A stretch of DNA of 64,000 nucleotides from Escherichia coli (GCF_002854065.1 NZ_CP024147.1), one strand, 5' to 3'. Shown: positions 1 to 10,125, numbered from the stretch's first letter. Numbers and translations are program-made. Notes: generated by a model from the sequence alone, not told the origin.

Positions 1-1313
1 CAGAGCAGGTCGATGCTGCTGTGCGCGCGGCAGATGCAGCATTTGCCGAATGGGGGCAAACCACGCCGAAAGTGCGTGCGGAATGTCTGCTGAAACTGGC
101 TGATGTTATCGAAGAAAATGGTCAGGTTTTTGCCGAACTGGAGTCCCGTAATTGTGGCAAACCGCTGCATAGTGCGTTCAATGATGAAATCCCGGCGATT
201 GTCGATGTTTTTCGCTTTTTCGCGGGTGCGGCGCGCTGTCTGAATGGTCTGGCGGCAGGTGAATATCTTGAAGGTCATACTTCGATGATCCGTCGCGATC
301 CGTTGGGGGTCGTGGCTTCTATCGCACCGTGGAATTATCCGCTGATGATGGCAGCGTGGAAACTGGCTCCGGCGCTGGCGGCAGGGAACTGCGTAGTGCT
401 TAAACCATCAGAAATTACCCCGCTGACCGCGTTGAAGTTGGCAGAGCTGGCGAAAGATATCTTCCCGGCAGGCGTGATTAACGTACTGTTTGGCAGAGGC
501 AAAACGGTGGGCGATCCGCTGACCGGACATCCTAAAGTGCGGATGGTGTCGCTGACGGGCTCTATCGCCACCGGCGAGCACATCATCAGCCATACCGCGC
601 CGTCCATTAAGCGTACTCATATGGAACTTGGTGGCAAAGCGCCAGTGATTGTTTTTGATGATGCGGATATTGAAGCAGTGGTCGAAGGTGTACGTACATT
701 TGGCTATTACAATGCTGGACAGGATTGTACTGCGGCTTGTCGGATCTACGCGCAAAAAGGCATTTACGATACGCTGGTGGAAAAACTGGGTGCTGCGGTG
801 GCAACGTTAAAATCTGGTGCGCCGGATGACGAGTCTACGGAGCTTGGACCTTTAAGCTCGCTGGCGCATCTCGAACGCGTCAGCAAGGCAGTAGAAGAGG
901 CGAAAGCGACAGGGCACATCAAAGTGATCACTGGCGGTGAAAAGCGCAAGGGTAATGGCTATTACTATGCGCCGACGCTGCTGGCTGGCGCATTACAGGA
1001 CGATGCCATCGTGCAAAAAGAGGTATTTGGTCCAGTAGTGAGTGTTACGCTCTTCGACAACGAAGAACAGGTGGTGAACTGGGCGAATGACAGCCAGTAC
1101 GGACTTGCATCTTCGGTATGGACGAAAGATGTGGGCAGGGCGCATCGCGTCAGTGCACGGCTGCAATATGGTTGTACCTGGGTCAATACCCATTTCATGC
1201 TGGTAAGTGAAATGCCGCACGGTGGGCAGAAACTTTCTGGTTACGGCAAGGATATGTCACTTTATGGGCTGGAGGATTACACCGTCGTCCGCCACGTCAT
1301 GGTTAAACATTAA
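1..1313 (+). CDS. patD: gamma-aminobutyraldehyde dehydrogenase, 5-prime truncated by window edge
   Basis: ORF 21..1313 (430 aa) with aldehyde dehydrogenase motifs (ELGGKAP, catalytic Cys context GQDCTAA); reading frame is open to the window start, so the N-terminus lies upstream. Confidence 0.9.
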   Translation, partial: EQVDAAVRAADAAFAEWGQTTPKVRAECLLKLADVIEENGQVFAELESRNCGKPLHSAFNDEIPAIVDVFRFFAGAARCLNGLAAGEYLEGHTSMIRRDPLGVVASIAPWNYPLMMAAWKLAPALAAGNCVVLKPSEITPLTALKLAELAKDIFPAGVINVLFGRGKTVGDPLTGHPKVRMVSLTGSIATGEHIISHTAPSIKRTHMELGGKAPVIVFDDADIEAVVEGVRTFGYYNAGQDCTAACRIYAQKGIYDTLVEKLGAAVATLKSGAPDDESTELGPLSSLAHLERVSKAVEEAKATGHIKVITGGEKRKGNGYYYAPTLLAGALQDDAIVQKEVFGPVVSVTLFDNEEQVVNWANDSQYGLASSVWTKDVGRAHRVSARLQYGCTWVNTHFMLVSEMPHGGQKLSGYGKDMSLYGLEDYTVVRHVMVKH

Positions 1314-1323
1314 GTTAGATGTT

Positions 1324-1356
1324 AGTGGCTGTTATAGGACGGCCACTATCGTTTTA
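1324..1356 (+). terminator. rho-independent terminator-like hairpin after patD
   Basis: Inverted repeat AGTGGC...GCCACT followed by a T-run (cgtttt) just after the patD stop. Confidence 0.5.
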
Positions 1357-1522
1357 GGTTCTGAGTTTAATGGCGGTTAAGTATTAGAATGATTACATTA
1401 ATAACTAGCGTAAAAATTAGGCTAAATGTTTGATGGCGATTTTTCATCCTGTCACAGTTGATTAGCATAAGGCTTTAGAGTATCGTTATTAAACTAATAA
1501 TTTATAAGTAGAAGTATTAACA

Positions 1523-2332
1523 ATGAAAGTTCAATTGTACAAATTCACGGAAGATAAAAATAAAACCCTTACCTTCAGATGGACGAAAAAACACTTTGAG
1601 TTTTGTATGGATAATAAAATCTTTTTAAATCATAAGGGGAAGAAGTCGTATAAAGAAAGGAATTTATTTCTTTTCTCAAAAGGTGACAAGATAACAATTG
1701 AAGATAATGTTATTGCTGAAGAATATTCAACAATGCCTGTAAAAAATTTCTCCAGTGTCGGCGCTTTTTCATTTCCGACCTGTCATTTTTCAGGGAATAT
1801 ACGTATAGGTCGATTTTGTAGTATTGCATCAAATGTAAAAATAATGGGTGGAAATCATCCTTTGAATCGTTTTACTACTCACATGATGACTTATAACGGT
1901 GAATTTGATAAGTTTGCTATGAGTGAGTTTGAACGTAGCTGGACATTGAAACCATTCATTACCAAACCTGAAAATCCGATTATAGGAAATGATGTCTGGA
2001 TAGGAAATGATGTTGTATTGAAAGGTGGCATCGCAATAGGTGATGGTGCTGTTATTGCTGCCAATTCCGTTGTTACCAAAGATGTGCCCCCATATGCCAT
2101 AGTTGCAGGAGTTCCTGCAAAAATAATCAGATTTAGGTTTGATTCAAATGTTATTGATGAACTGTTGAGAATAAAATGGTGGAATTATAACTACTCAGAT
2201 CTTCCGGATAATAACAAGTGTGATGATATAAATTATTTTGTTGAAGAGATGAATCGATTGATATCAAATGGAAATATTCAAGAGAGGGACTATAAAAAAT
2301 TCAATCTTTCTGAGGTATTCAGAGGCCTATAA
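1523..2332 (+). CDS. Vat/XAT-family hexapeptide-repeat acetyltransferase (streptogramin A / chloramphenicol acetyltransferase-like)
   Basis: 269 aa ORF; left-handed beta-helix hexapeptide repeats (IGNDVWIGNDVVLKGGIAIGDGAVIAANSVVTKDVPPYAIVAGVPAKIIRFRF), GGNH putative catalytic His segment and C-terminal IKWWNY motif, all typical of Vat(D)/CatB-type xenobiotic acetyltransferases; gene lies in a visibly AT-rich stretch. Confidence 0.75.
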   Translation: MKVQLYKFTEDKNKTLTFRWTKKHFEFCMDNKIFLNHKGKKSYKERNLFLFSKGDKITIEDNVIAEEYSTMPVKNFSSVGAFSFPTCHFSGNIRIGRFCSIASNVKIMGGNHPLNRFTTHMMTYNGEFDKFAMSEFERSWTLKPFITKPENPIIGNDVWIGNDVVLKGGIAIGDGAVIAANSVVTKDVPPYAIVAGVPAKIIRFRFDSNVIDELLRIKWWNYNYSDLPDNNKCDDINYFVEEMNRLISNGNIQERDYKKFNLSEVFRGL

Positions 2333-2678
2333 TTATCTGTTTTGCATGATAAATGGGCAAGATAACCAGGGCGGGGTTTGCAATTTCAATGGGGCAGCGT
2401 CATCAAGGAGGTTGCAAACATCCTGCCATGCATATACTTTACGCCATCTTTTTATATTTGCGTTATTCCTTGAAAGTATAAAGCATTTATAGACTCCCGC
2501 GCGTATAAAGTATTCATGATAGAAAAATGTGAAAACAAGATTCCCTTTGAGTCAGTAAGCTGTTTGTATAGACGACAGTAGGGGGATGTTTTCTACTCAT
2601 TTCAATGTAGATGCCAGCAAAAAGAAGTAAATATTAAGGATAATGTTGTAAACCTGGAGAGTATGAGAAGATCTTGCG

Positions 2679-2709
2679 TACTGTCAGAGAGTTGATTTCT
2701 CTGACAGTA
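2679..2709 (-). terminator. hairpin downstream of yncL
   Basis: Perfect inverted repeat TACTGTCAGAGAG-ttgattt-CTCTGACAGTA immediately 3-prime of the yncL stop; no clear U-tract. Confidence 0.4.
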
Positions 2710-2733
2710 CGTGCTGCGTGCAAAATCACTACA

Positions 2734-2829
2734 TCAAATAAACCAGCCAAATCTCATAGAGATAAGAGTAAACAAACCAACAGCAGCAAAGACATTTATC
2801 AGTACTACAGTTCTACTGGAAACATTCAT
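2734..2829 (-). CDS. yncL: small membrane protein YncL (31 aa)
   Basis: Minus-strand ATG at 2829 to TGA at 2734 encodes MNVSSRTVVLINVFAAVGLFTLISMRFGWFI, a single-TM small protein matching recalled YncL; absent from the ORF track because it is under 60 aa. Confidence 0.7.
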   Translation of the reverse strand: MNVSSRTVVLINVFAAVGLFTLISMRFGWFI

Positions 2830-3023
2830 TTTTGCCACCTTTTATCATTGCCCCTATGTGTATAGTACGGGTTAAGAAAATCCGCAATAATACTCATTCT
2901 GAAGATGGATAAGGGCAAGTTGCTGTTTGATGTTTTTTTCTCAAACCGGTTAAAAAACTTGATGCACGTCAAAAAATGACGCATATTTGCGCGCGTTTTA
3001 TTCATCTGGCTGGACGCCCGTAC

Positions 3024-3197
3024 ATGTCTCTCTATCAACATATGCTTGTTTTTTATGCGGTTATGGCAGCAATCTCATTTCTTATCACCTGGTTTCTTTC
3101 TCACGATAAGAAACGCATCCGTTTCTTAAGCGCCTTTCTGGTGGGGGCAACATGGCCGATGAGTTTCCCGGTGGCGCTGTTGTTTTCACTGTTTTAA
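3024..3197 (+). CDS. ortT: orphan toxin OrtT (YdcX), small membrane protein
   Basis: Internal Met of ORF 2976..3197 gives the 57 aa MSLYQHMLVFYAVMAAISFLITWFLSHDKKRIRFLSAFLVGATWPMSFPVALLFSLF. Confidence 0.8.
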   Translation: MSLYQHMLVFYAVMAAISFLITWFLSHDKKRIRFLSAFLVGATWPMSFPVALLFSLF

Positions 3198-3282
3198 ATC
3201 TTACTCACTGGCTTGACGGCACCACGCAGACTTATATCATTTGGATGAATCGATAAATTTCACAAGTGGCTAAGGAGAAAGT

Positions 3283-3516
3283 ATGTCGCATCTGGATGAA
3301 GTCATCGCGCGCGTGGATGCCGCGATTGAAGAGAGCGTCATTGCCCATATGAACGAATTATTAATCGCCCTGAGCGATGACGCGGAGTTAAGTCGGGAAG
3401 ATCGCTACACCCAGCAGCAACGTCTGCGCACAGCGATCGCCCATCACGGTCGCAAGCATAAAGAAGATATGGAAGCTCGCCACGAACAGTTAACCAAAGG
3501 CGGCACCATCCTGTGA
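3283..3516 (+). CDS. ydcY: uncharacterized protein YdcY
   Basis: 77 aa ORF preceded by AAGGAGAAAG ribosome-binding site; position and size as in K-12. Confidence 0.8.
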   Translation: MSHLDEVIARVDAAIEESVIAHMNELLIALSDDAELSREDRYTQQQRLRTAIAHHGRKHKEDMEARHEQLTKGGTIL

Positions 3517-3966
3517 TTAAAATGAGCGTCTGGCCACCAGCCAGGCGCCAACCACAAGTAAAATTGCGCCACAAATTGGGCCGATCAACGCCCGTAGTGG
3601 TACGCCATGGCTGCGGAAGATATCCAGCACCAGACCGCCAATCAGCTGGCTGGCGACCAATACCGCAATAGTTGTCGCCGCTCCCACATTCTGATATCCG
3701 CTGATACTGGCGAAGACAAAAAACGATCCCAGCAAGCCAGGTATAAGTGTCCACCAGCGCACGCTGGACACCAGTTCGCCAAACCCCGCCATACCTTGTT
3801 TAAACCATAAAATAGAAACAAAGAGCACAATCCCCACCAGTGAGTTCAGCAACATGGCGATGAGAATGGTAGAGGAGGTCTGGGTGATGCGCACCATCAG
3901 CGTGTTCTGGACTACCAGACCAATTCCGGCGGCAATCAAAAAGGCAAGGGTGAGCGACTGATTCAT
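3517..3966 (-). CDS. ydcZ: inner membrane protein YdcZ (DMT-like)
   Basis: 149 aa polytopic hydrophobic ORF; 4-bp overlap with mnaT. Confidence 0.85.
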   Translation of the reverse strand: MNQSLTLAFLIAAGIGLVVQNTLMVRITQTSSTILIAMLLNSLVGIVLFVSILWFKQGMAGFGELVSSVRWWTLIPGLLGSFFVFASISGYQNVGAATTIAVLVASQLIGGLVLDIFRSHGVPLRALIGPICGAILLVVGAWLVARRSF

Positions 3967-4481
3967 CCAATCACGTCCGGTTCAGTGCGTTCGTCGAGTT
4001 GCAACTGCATAAATGTCAGATCCAGCCAGCGCCCAAATTTAGTGCCCACCTGCGGCATTTGTGCGGTGACGACAAATCCCAGCGACTGGTGCAGATGCAG
4101 CGAGGCCTGATTTTGCGATTCGATCCCGGCGACCATGACATGCTTCCCGCAATCCCGCGCTTCATCAATCAATCGGCTTAACAATTTACGCCCCAGACCT
4201 TTGCCCTGATGATCGGGATGGACATAAACCGAATGTTCCACGGTATGGCGAAAACCATCGAAACTACGCCAGTCGCCAAATGAGGCATATCCCGTCACTA
4301 CGCCATCTTCTTCACTTACCAGCACCGGATAACCTGCTATGGTCCGCGCTTCAAACCAGGCAATGCGGTTATCTGCATCCACCGTTTGGTCATTCCAGAT
4401 AGCCGCCGTATACAACACGGCGTGGTTATAAATTTCCGCAATGGCAGCACAGTCGGCTTTGCGGGCAAAACGGATGGACAT
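3963..4481 (-). CDS. mnaT: GNAT N-acetyltransferase MnaT (YncA)
   Basis: Internal start MSIRFARKADCAAIAEIYNH; GNAT motifs (HPDHQGKGLGRKLL); the ORF track's 250 aa form is an N-terminal over-extension. Confidence 0.85.
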   Translation of the reverse strand: MSIRFARKADCAAIAEIYNHAVLYTAAIWNDQTVDADNRIAWFEARTIAGYPVLVSEEDGVVTGYASFGDWRSFDGFRHTVEHSVYVHPDHQGKGLGRKLLSRLIDEARDCGKHVMVAGIESQNQASLHLHQSLGFVVTAQMPQVGTKFGRWLDLTFMQLQLDERTEPDVIG

Positions 4482-4661
4482 GTCTGGCCTCAATAAAATA
4501 ATGATGATGATGTTATCAATACTATCGAAAACAGCCCGAAGCAACGGATTCCTCGATGAAATTATTGCGTGTTGCAGAGGGGATGTGACGGCTGCAAACA
4601 AAACCAATCCCGTGAGCCTGCTACTATTGATGGATTCATGCCAAAAGCACAGGAGAGCATT

Positions 4662-5699
4662 ATGGGGCAACAAAAGCAGCGTAATCGACGTTGGGTTCTG
4701 GCCTCGCGTCCACATGGCGCACCAGTTCCGGAGAATTTCCGTCTTGAAGAAGATGATGTCGCCACACCGGGTGAAGGACAGGTGTTACTGCGCACAGTTT
4801 ATTTGTCCCTGGACCCGTATATGCGTGGACGTATGAGCGATGAGCCATCTTATTCACCGCCGGTTGATATTGGCGGCGTGATGGCCGGCGGTACGGTGAG
4901 CCGTGTCGTGGAGTCGAATCATCCTGATTATCAGCCTGGCGATTGGGTGCTGGGCTACAGTGGATGGCAGGACTATGACATATCCAGTGGTGATGATCTG
5001 GTGAAACTTGGCGATCATCCGCAAAATCCATCGTGGTCGCTGGGTATGCTGGGGATGCCAGGCTTTACCGCTTATATGGGGCTGCTGGATATCGGTCAGC
5101 CTAAAGAGGGCGAAACGTTGGTGGTAGCTGCGGCGACAGGACCAGTGGGGGCGACGGTGGGGCAAATCGGCAAACTTAAAGGTTGCAGAGTGGTGGGGGT
5201 AGCCGGTGGCGCGGATAAATGCCGCCATGCTACCGAGGTGTTAGGCTTCGATGTTTGCCTTGATCACCACGCGGACGATTTTGCCGAACAACTGGCGAAA
5301 GCGTGCCCAAAAGGTATTGATATCTATTATGAAAACGTGGGCGGTAAGGTATTTGATGCAGTGCTACCATTACTTAATACATCTGCGCGCATTCCCGTTT
5401 GTGGCTTAGTGAGCAGCTATAACGCTACAGAGCTACCACCCGGTCCGGATCGTTTACCCCTGTTGATGGCAACGGTGCTGAAAAAACGTATTCGCTTGCA
5501 AGGGTTTATTATCGCCCAGGATTATGGTCATCGCATCCATGAGTTTCAGAAGGAGATGGGGCAATGGGTGAAAGAGGATAAAATCCACTACCGCGAAGAA
5601 ATTACTGACGGTTTAGAGAATGCGCCACAGACGTTTATCGGCCTGCTGAAGGGTAAAAACTTCGGCAAAGTGGTGATCCGCGTGGCGGGTGATGATTAA
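4662..5699 (+). CDS. curA: NADPH-dependent curcumin/dihydrocurcumin reductase (MDR superfamily)
   Basis: Start MGQQKQRNRRWVLASRPHG after AGGAGAG ribosome-binding site; 345 aa; medium-chain dehydrogenase Rossmann motif AAATGPVGATVGQIGK. Confidence 0.85.
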   Translation: MGQQKQRNRRWVLASRPHGAPVPENFRLEEDDVATPGEGQVLLRTVYLSLDPYMRGRMSDEPSYSPPVDIGGVMAGGTVSRVVESNHPDYQPGDWVLGYSGWQDYDISSGDDLVKLGDHPQNPSWSLGMLGMPGFTAYMGLLDIGQPKEGETLVVAAATGPVGATVGQIGKLKGCRVVGVAGGADKCRHATEVLGFDVCLDHHADDFAEQLAKACPKGIDIYYENVGGKVFDAVLPLLNTSARIPVCGLVSSYNATELPPGPDRLPLLMATVLKKRIRLQGFIIAQDYGHRIHEFQKEMGQWVKEDKIHYREEITDGLENAPQTFIGLLKGKNFGKVVIRVAGDD

Positions 5700-5896
5700 A
5701 GTTTCAACGGCGGCGTAAGCCGCCATAAAAATCCAGGCAAAAAGCTTAATTTCAGCTTTAATTAACTAACCACGTTATTGTTATGCTGCTAATAACAACA
5801 AAGGTAAGTGGTTTATGATTATTCACTTTAATACACCAGGTGAACTCCTTCTGCCATGCAGGCAGGGTTGGACAGAAAACACGCGAAGGAATTAAA

Positions 5897-6562
5897 ATGC
5901 CTGGAACGGGAAAAATGAAACATGTCAGTTTGACTCTGCAGGTTGAGAACGACCTGAAACATCAGCTTAGTATTGGCGCACTAAAACCTGGCGCACGCCT
6001 GATTACTAAAAATCTGGCGGAGCAATTAGGTATGAGTATTACACCTGTGCGTGAAGCATTATTACGTCTGGTTTCGGTGAATGCGCTTTCTGTCGCACCA
6101 GCGCAAGCATTTACAGTTCCGGAAGTGGGGAAACGTCAATTAGACGAAATCAATCGGATCCGCTACGAACTGGAATTAATGGCAGTTGCTCTGGCTGTTG
6201 AAAACCTCACCCCGCAAGACCTGGCGGAACTCCAGGAATTGCTCGAGAAATTACAGCAGGCGCAAGAAAAGGGCGACATGGAACAAATCATTAATGTAAA
6301 CAGGCTATTTCGCTTAGCGATTTTTCATCGCTCAAATATGCCCATCCTGTGTGAGATGATTGAGCAAATGTGGGTCAGGATGGGGCCTGGTTTACATTAT
6401 CTCTATGAAGCGATTAATCCAGCGGAATTACGGGAGCATATAGAAAACTATCATCTATTACTCGCCGCGTTAAAAGCAAAAGACAAAGAGGGATGCAGAC
6501 ATTGTCTTGCTGAAATTATGCAACAAAATATTGCTATTTTATACCAGCAATACAATCGTTAA
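5897..6562 (+). CDS. mcbR: GntR-family transcriptional regulator McbR (YncC)
   Basis: 221 aa from MPGTGKMKH; N-terminal winged HTH and FCD-type C-terminal domain. Confidence 0.85.
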   Translation: MPGTGKMKHVSLTLQVENDLKHQLSIGALKPGARLITKNLAEQLGMSITPVREALLRLVSVNALSVAPAQAFTVPEVGKRQLDEINRIRYELELMAVALAVENLTPQDLAELQELLEKLQQAQEKGDMEQIINVNRLFRLAIFHRSNMPILCEMIEQMWVRMGPGLHYLYEAINPAELREHIENYHLLLAALKAKDKEGCRHCLAEIMQQNIAILYQQYNR

Positions 6563-6567
6563 AGTAA

Positions 6568-6589
6568 ATGCCCGGCAAATACCGGGCAT
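6568..6589. terminator. bidirectional hairpin between convergent mcbR and yncD
   Basis: ATGCCCGG-caaat-ACCGGGCAT palindrome between the two stop codons. Confidence 0.5.
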
Positions 6590-6597
6590 CAAGGTAA

Positions 6598-8700
6598 TTA
6601 CTCAAATCGCCATGCGATATTCACGCCGACACCATAATTTCGCCCGGGCGCAGGTTCGTAATATCGCCCGTTTGACTCATTGACAATGACAGAACCAACG
6701 TATTCTTTATCGAATAAATTATCGACACGACCAAATAAGTCCACAGTTAAATTGTGGTAATTGTATTTATACCCGGTGAATAAGCCGACGAGAGTATAAG
6801 ACGGCGCTTTGGCCGTATTTTCATCATCTGCCATAATATCGCCCATATAACGCGCTTCCGTGCCTGCATACCAACCATCTTCCGGTACATAACCTATCGA
6901 CGCAAAGCCCATATTACGGGCGATCCCTGGCATCCGATTACCGTTACAATCCTGTTCGTTGCAAACATTGCTGCGATAGGTCGCATCAAGCCAGGTCCAG
7001 GACGCGTTTACGCGAAAATCTCCCGCGAAACGTTGATCCCATGCCAGTTCAGCGCCTTGACGACGGGTCTTTCCGGCATTTTTGTAAGTCGTACGCCCAC
7101 CGCTACTGCTATCGACAACAATTTCATCATCGGTGTCGGTCTGGAACAATGCGAGACTAAGCAGCCCATCACCAATACGCGTTTTACTGCCGATCTCAAT
7201 TGTATCGTTGGTGGATGGTTTTAAACCAAAGTTCATACCGCTTTGCCCATCAGCGCGATAAGACAGCTCATTAATCGTCGGCGTTTCAAAACCTCGACCA
7301 GCTGCCAGATAGATATTCCAGGCATCAGTCATTGCATATTTTAACGATCCGGCAGGTAGCCATTTGTGATAACTGGCATCACCACTGTCATCGCCGTTAC
7401 CCGGAGTAACGTAATGGTCGTTGGAATCAAACCACACGGAGCTGTAGCGCACGCCAGCATCCAGCGACAGTTTTTCGCTCAGCTGCCACTGCGTTTGTAA
7501 ATAGGGATCGACGTTCCACATCAGATTGCGTTCGTCGCGACGCAACTCACCTTTTTGCCCGTATTCCGGCACGCCGCTATTCAGGCGGAAATTATTGTAG
7601 CCCTTGCGGTTTTCACTCATGTTTTCGTAGTTCAGACCGGTGGTGAACGTGACTGGAACGCCCAGTTCACCTCGGTGTGTCCAGCGACTGTCTATCCCCT
7701 GGTAATGGCGTTGTAGAGTAATCACGCCACCCGCGTGTGACGGGTTAAGTTGTGGTGCCATCGGGATGGACTGGTATTGGGTCGTTTCACGTTCACCTGC
7801 GTACATCATTACACTCATATCATCGCTTGCGCTAAGACTACGCTCATAACGCAACCCAGCCTGAGTTTGCTTGATGGTTTTTCGCGTGTCGTACTGTTCA
7901 GCGCGTGGCGCTTGTTGTGGATTCGCCTTCCATTCTGCTTCGGTTAATCCACCAGGATCATCTGCTTTTATATCCACACTATTGAAAATCAGGCTTAATT
8001 TGCTGACTTCATCAATGCGTACGCCCAGTTTGGCATTGGCTAAATTTTTCTGTGCGCCACTATGGTCACGGTAGCCGTGGGTCGTAAAGCGCGTGGTTGA
8101 GACGGTGTAATCGACATCGCCAGGCTGTGTACCGTCGCCCATTGCGCCCGTTGCTTTCAGCCCATAGCGCCAGCTGCCAAAACTGCCGTAGTAACTGCTG
8201 GCTTCAATGGTTGGTGGCTGTTGCCCGGTCTGGGTGGTGACATTCATTACCCCGCCAGACGCGTTGCCATACAGGGCAGAGAAGGGGCCACGCAGCACTT
8301 CTACATTTTGCACACTGCTTAAATCGATGTTGGATGTTTGCCCTTGTCCGTCGGGCATGGTGGCGGGAATACCGTCTACATACAGGCGAATACCGCGAAT
8401 TCCGTAAGTGGAGCGGGAGCCAAATCCGCGAATCGACAGCTGTAAATCTTGCGCATAGTTCTGCCGGTTTTGTACCTGCAAACCAGGCACGCTGGTCAGA
8501 GATTCAGACAAGTTGATGCGCGGTGTTGCCAGGCGCATCTCCTCGCCATCCACCACGCTTACTGCTGCTGGCGTATCCAGCTCGGAAACCACCTGCGGCG
8601 CGGCACTGACAATCATGGTTTGTTCATCAGCGGCAAAAACGGCGGGGGAAAGGACAAGCAGCGCGGACAAAACGGTCTGTCGGGCGGAAAAAATCTTCAT
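6598..8700 (-). CDS. yncD: TonB-dependent outer membrane receptor YncD
   Basis: 700 aa; signal peptide, plug and beta-barrel; C-terminal aromatic residue (NIAWRFE). Confidence 0.9.
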   Translation of the reverse strand: MKIFSARQTVLSALLVLSPAVFAADEQTMIVSAAPQVVSELDTPAAVSVVDGEEMRLATPRINLSESLTSVPGLQVQNRQNYAQDLQLSIRGFGSRSTYGIRGIRLYVDGIPATMPDGQGQTSNIDLSSVQNVEVLRGPFSALYGNASGGVMNVTTQTGQQPPTIEASSYYGSFGSWRYGLKATGAMGDGTQPGDVDYTVSTTRFTTHGYRDHSGAQKNLANAKLGVRIDEVSKLSLIFNSVDIKADDPGGLTEAEWKANPQQAPRAEQYDTRKTIKQTQAGLRYERSLSASDDMSVMMYAGERETTQYQSIPMAPQLNPSHAGGVITLQRHYQGIDSRWTHRGELGVPVTFTTGLNYENMSENRKGYNNFRLNSGVPEYGQKGELRRDERNLMWNVDPYLQTQWQLSEKLSLDAGVRYSSVWFDSNDHYVTPGNGDDSGDASYHKWLPAGSLKYAMTDAWNIYLAAGRGFETPTINELSYRADGQSGMNFGLKPSTNDTIEIGSKTRIGDGLLSLALFQTDTDDEIVVDSSSGGRTTYKNAGKTRRQGAELAWDQRFAGDFRVNASWTWLDATYRSNVCNEQDCNGNRMPGIARNMGFASIGYVPEDGWYAGTEARYMGDIMADDENTAKAPSYTLVGLFTGYKYNYHNLTVDLFGRVDNLFDKEYVGSVIVNESNGRYYEPAPGRNYGVGVNIAWRFE

Positions 8701-8835
8701 GAAAAAAGCCAGGTTAAGAATGGGAAAACGCTGTCATGGTAATAAAATTGTAAATTTATGGAAAACGAAACGGCACAATACGTTAAGTGTTTGAGAAAAT
8801 TGTAGTCGTAACGGCAAGAAATGCTCCACATTTGA

Positions 8836-8855
8836 GAAAATAATGATTACCATTC
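8836..8855. promoter_or_regulatory. Fur-box-like site in the yncD/yncE divergent promoter region
   Basis: GAAAATAATGATTACCATTC resembles the Fur consensus GATAATGATAATCATTATC; lies roughly 90-105 bp upstream of the yncE ATG. Confidence 0.35.
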
Positions 8856-8941
8856 CCATTTATAACAAGAGCGTAACGAAGATTACGCTCAGCGAAGCAC
8901 TGTGAAGCAGCAAAAATATCGGTTCATTAAAGGGAGTCGTC

Positions 8942-10003
8942 ATGCATTTACGTCATCTGTTTTCATCGCGCCTACATGGTTCATTACTGTTAGGTTCATT
9001 GCTCGTTGCTTCATCATTTAGTACGCAGGCCGCAGAAGAAATGCTGCGTAAAGCGGTAGGTAAAGGTGCCTACGAAATGGCTTATAGCCAGCAGGAGAAC
9101 GCGCTGTGGCTTGCTACTTCGCAAAGCCGCAAACTGGATAAAGGTGGCGTAGTTTATCGTCTCGATCCAGTCACTCTGGAAGTGACTCAGGCGATCCATA
9201 ACGATCTCAAGCCGTTTGGCGCTACCATTAACAACGCTACTCAAACATTGTGGTTTGGTAACACGGTAAATAGCGCGGTTACGGCGATTGATGCCAAAAC
9301 GGGAGCGGTGAAAGGGCGCCTGGTGCTGGATGATCGTAAGCGTACGGAAGAGGTGCGCCCGCTGCAACCGCGTGAGCTGGTCGCAGACGATGCCACAAAC
9401 ACCGTTTACATCAGTGGTATTGGTAAAGAGAGCGTGATTTGGGTCGTTGATGGCGAAAATATCAAACTGAAAACCGCCATCCAGAACACCGGTAAAATGA
9501 GTACCGGTCTGGCGCTGGATAGCAAAGGCAAACGTCTTTACACCACTAACGCTGACGGCGAATTGATTACCATCGACACCGCCGACAATAAAATCCTCAG
9601 CCGTAAAAAGCTGCTGGATGACGGCAAAGAGCACTTCTTTATCAACATCAGCCTTGATACCGCCAGGCAGCGTGCATTTATCACCGATTCTAAAGCGGCA
9701 GAAGTGTTAGTGGTCGATACCCGTAATGGCAATATTCTGGCGAAGGTTGCGGCACCGGAATCACTGGCTGTGCTGTTTAACCCCGCGCGTAATGAAGCCT
9801 ACGTGACGCATCGTCAGGCAGGTAAAGTCAGTGTGATTGACGCGAAAAGCTATAAAGTGGTGAAAACGTTCGATACGCCGACTCATCCGAACAGTCTGGC
9901 TCTTTCTGCCGATGGTAAAACGCTGTATGTCAGTGTGAAACAAAAATCCACTAAACAGCAGGAAGCTACCCAGCCAGACGATGTGATTCGTATAGCGCTG
10001 TAA
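8942..10003 (+). CDS. yncE: secreted beta-propeller protein YncE
   Basis: 353 aa with signal peptide (MHLRHLFSSRLHGSLLLGSLLVASSFSTQA). Confidence 0.9.
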   Translation: MHLRHLFSSRLHGSLLLGSLLVASSFSTQAAEEMLRKAVGKGAYEMAYSQQENALWLATSQSRKLDKGGVVYRLDPVTLEVTQAIHNDLKPFGATINNATQTLWFGNTVNSAVTAIDAKTGAVKGRLVLDDRKRTEEVRPLQPRELVADDATNTVYISGIGKESVIWVVDGENIKLKTAIQNTGKMSTGLALDSKGKRLYTTNADGELITIDTADNKILSRKKLLDDGKEHFFINISLDTARQRAFITDSKAAEVLVVDTRNGNILAKVAAPESLAVLFNPARNEAYVTHRQAGKVSVIDAKSYKVVKTFDTPTHPNSLALSADGKTLYVSVKQKSTKQQEATQPDDVIRIAL

Positions 10004-10031
10004 TAGACATGGGGGAGTTTGTCTTTCGTAG

Positions 10032-10061
10032 GCCAGATAAGGCGCTTGCGCCGCATCCGGC
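10032..10061. repeat. REP (repetitive extragenic palindrome) element
   Basis: GCCAGATAAGGCGCTTGCGCCGCATCCGGC matches the REP-type palindrome class. Confidence 0.5.
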
Positions 10062-10125
10062 ACGAACAAAGAGCACCTCGTCAGCAATATGAATTTGCCC
10101 GGCTCGTAGCCGGGCAATTTTGCAA

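Noticed and set aside
2674-2865. 63 aa plus-strand ORF
   Set aside because: It is antisense to the better-supported yncL small-protein gene and overlaps its terminator hairpin
4441-4836. 131 aa plus-strand ORF spanning the mnaT-curA junction
   Set aside because: It overlaps two well-supported genes (antisense to mnaT, out of frame with curA) and has no motif support
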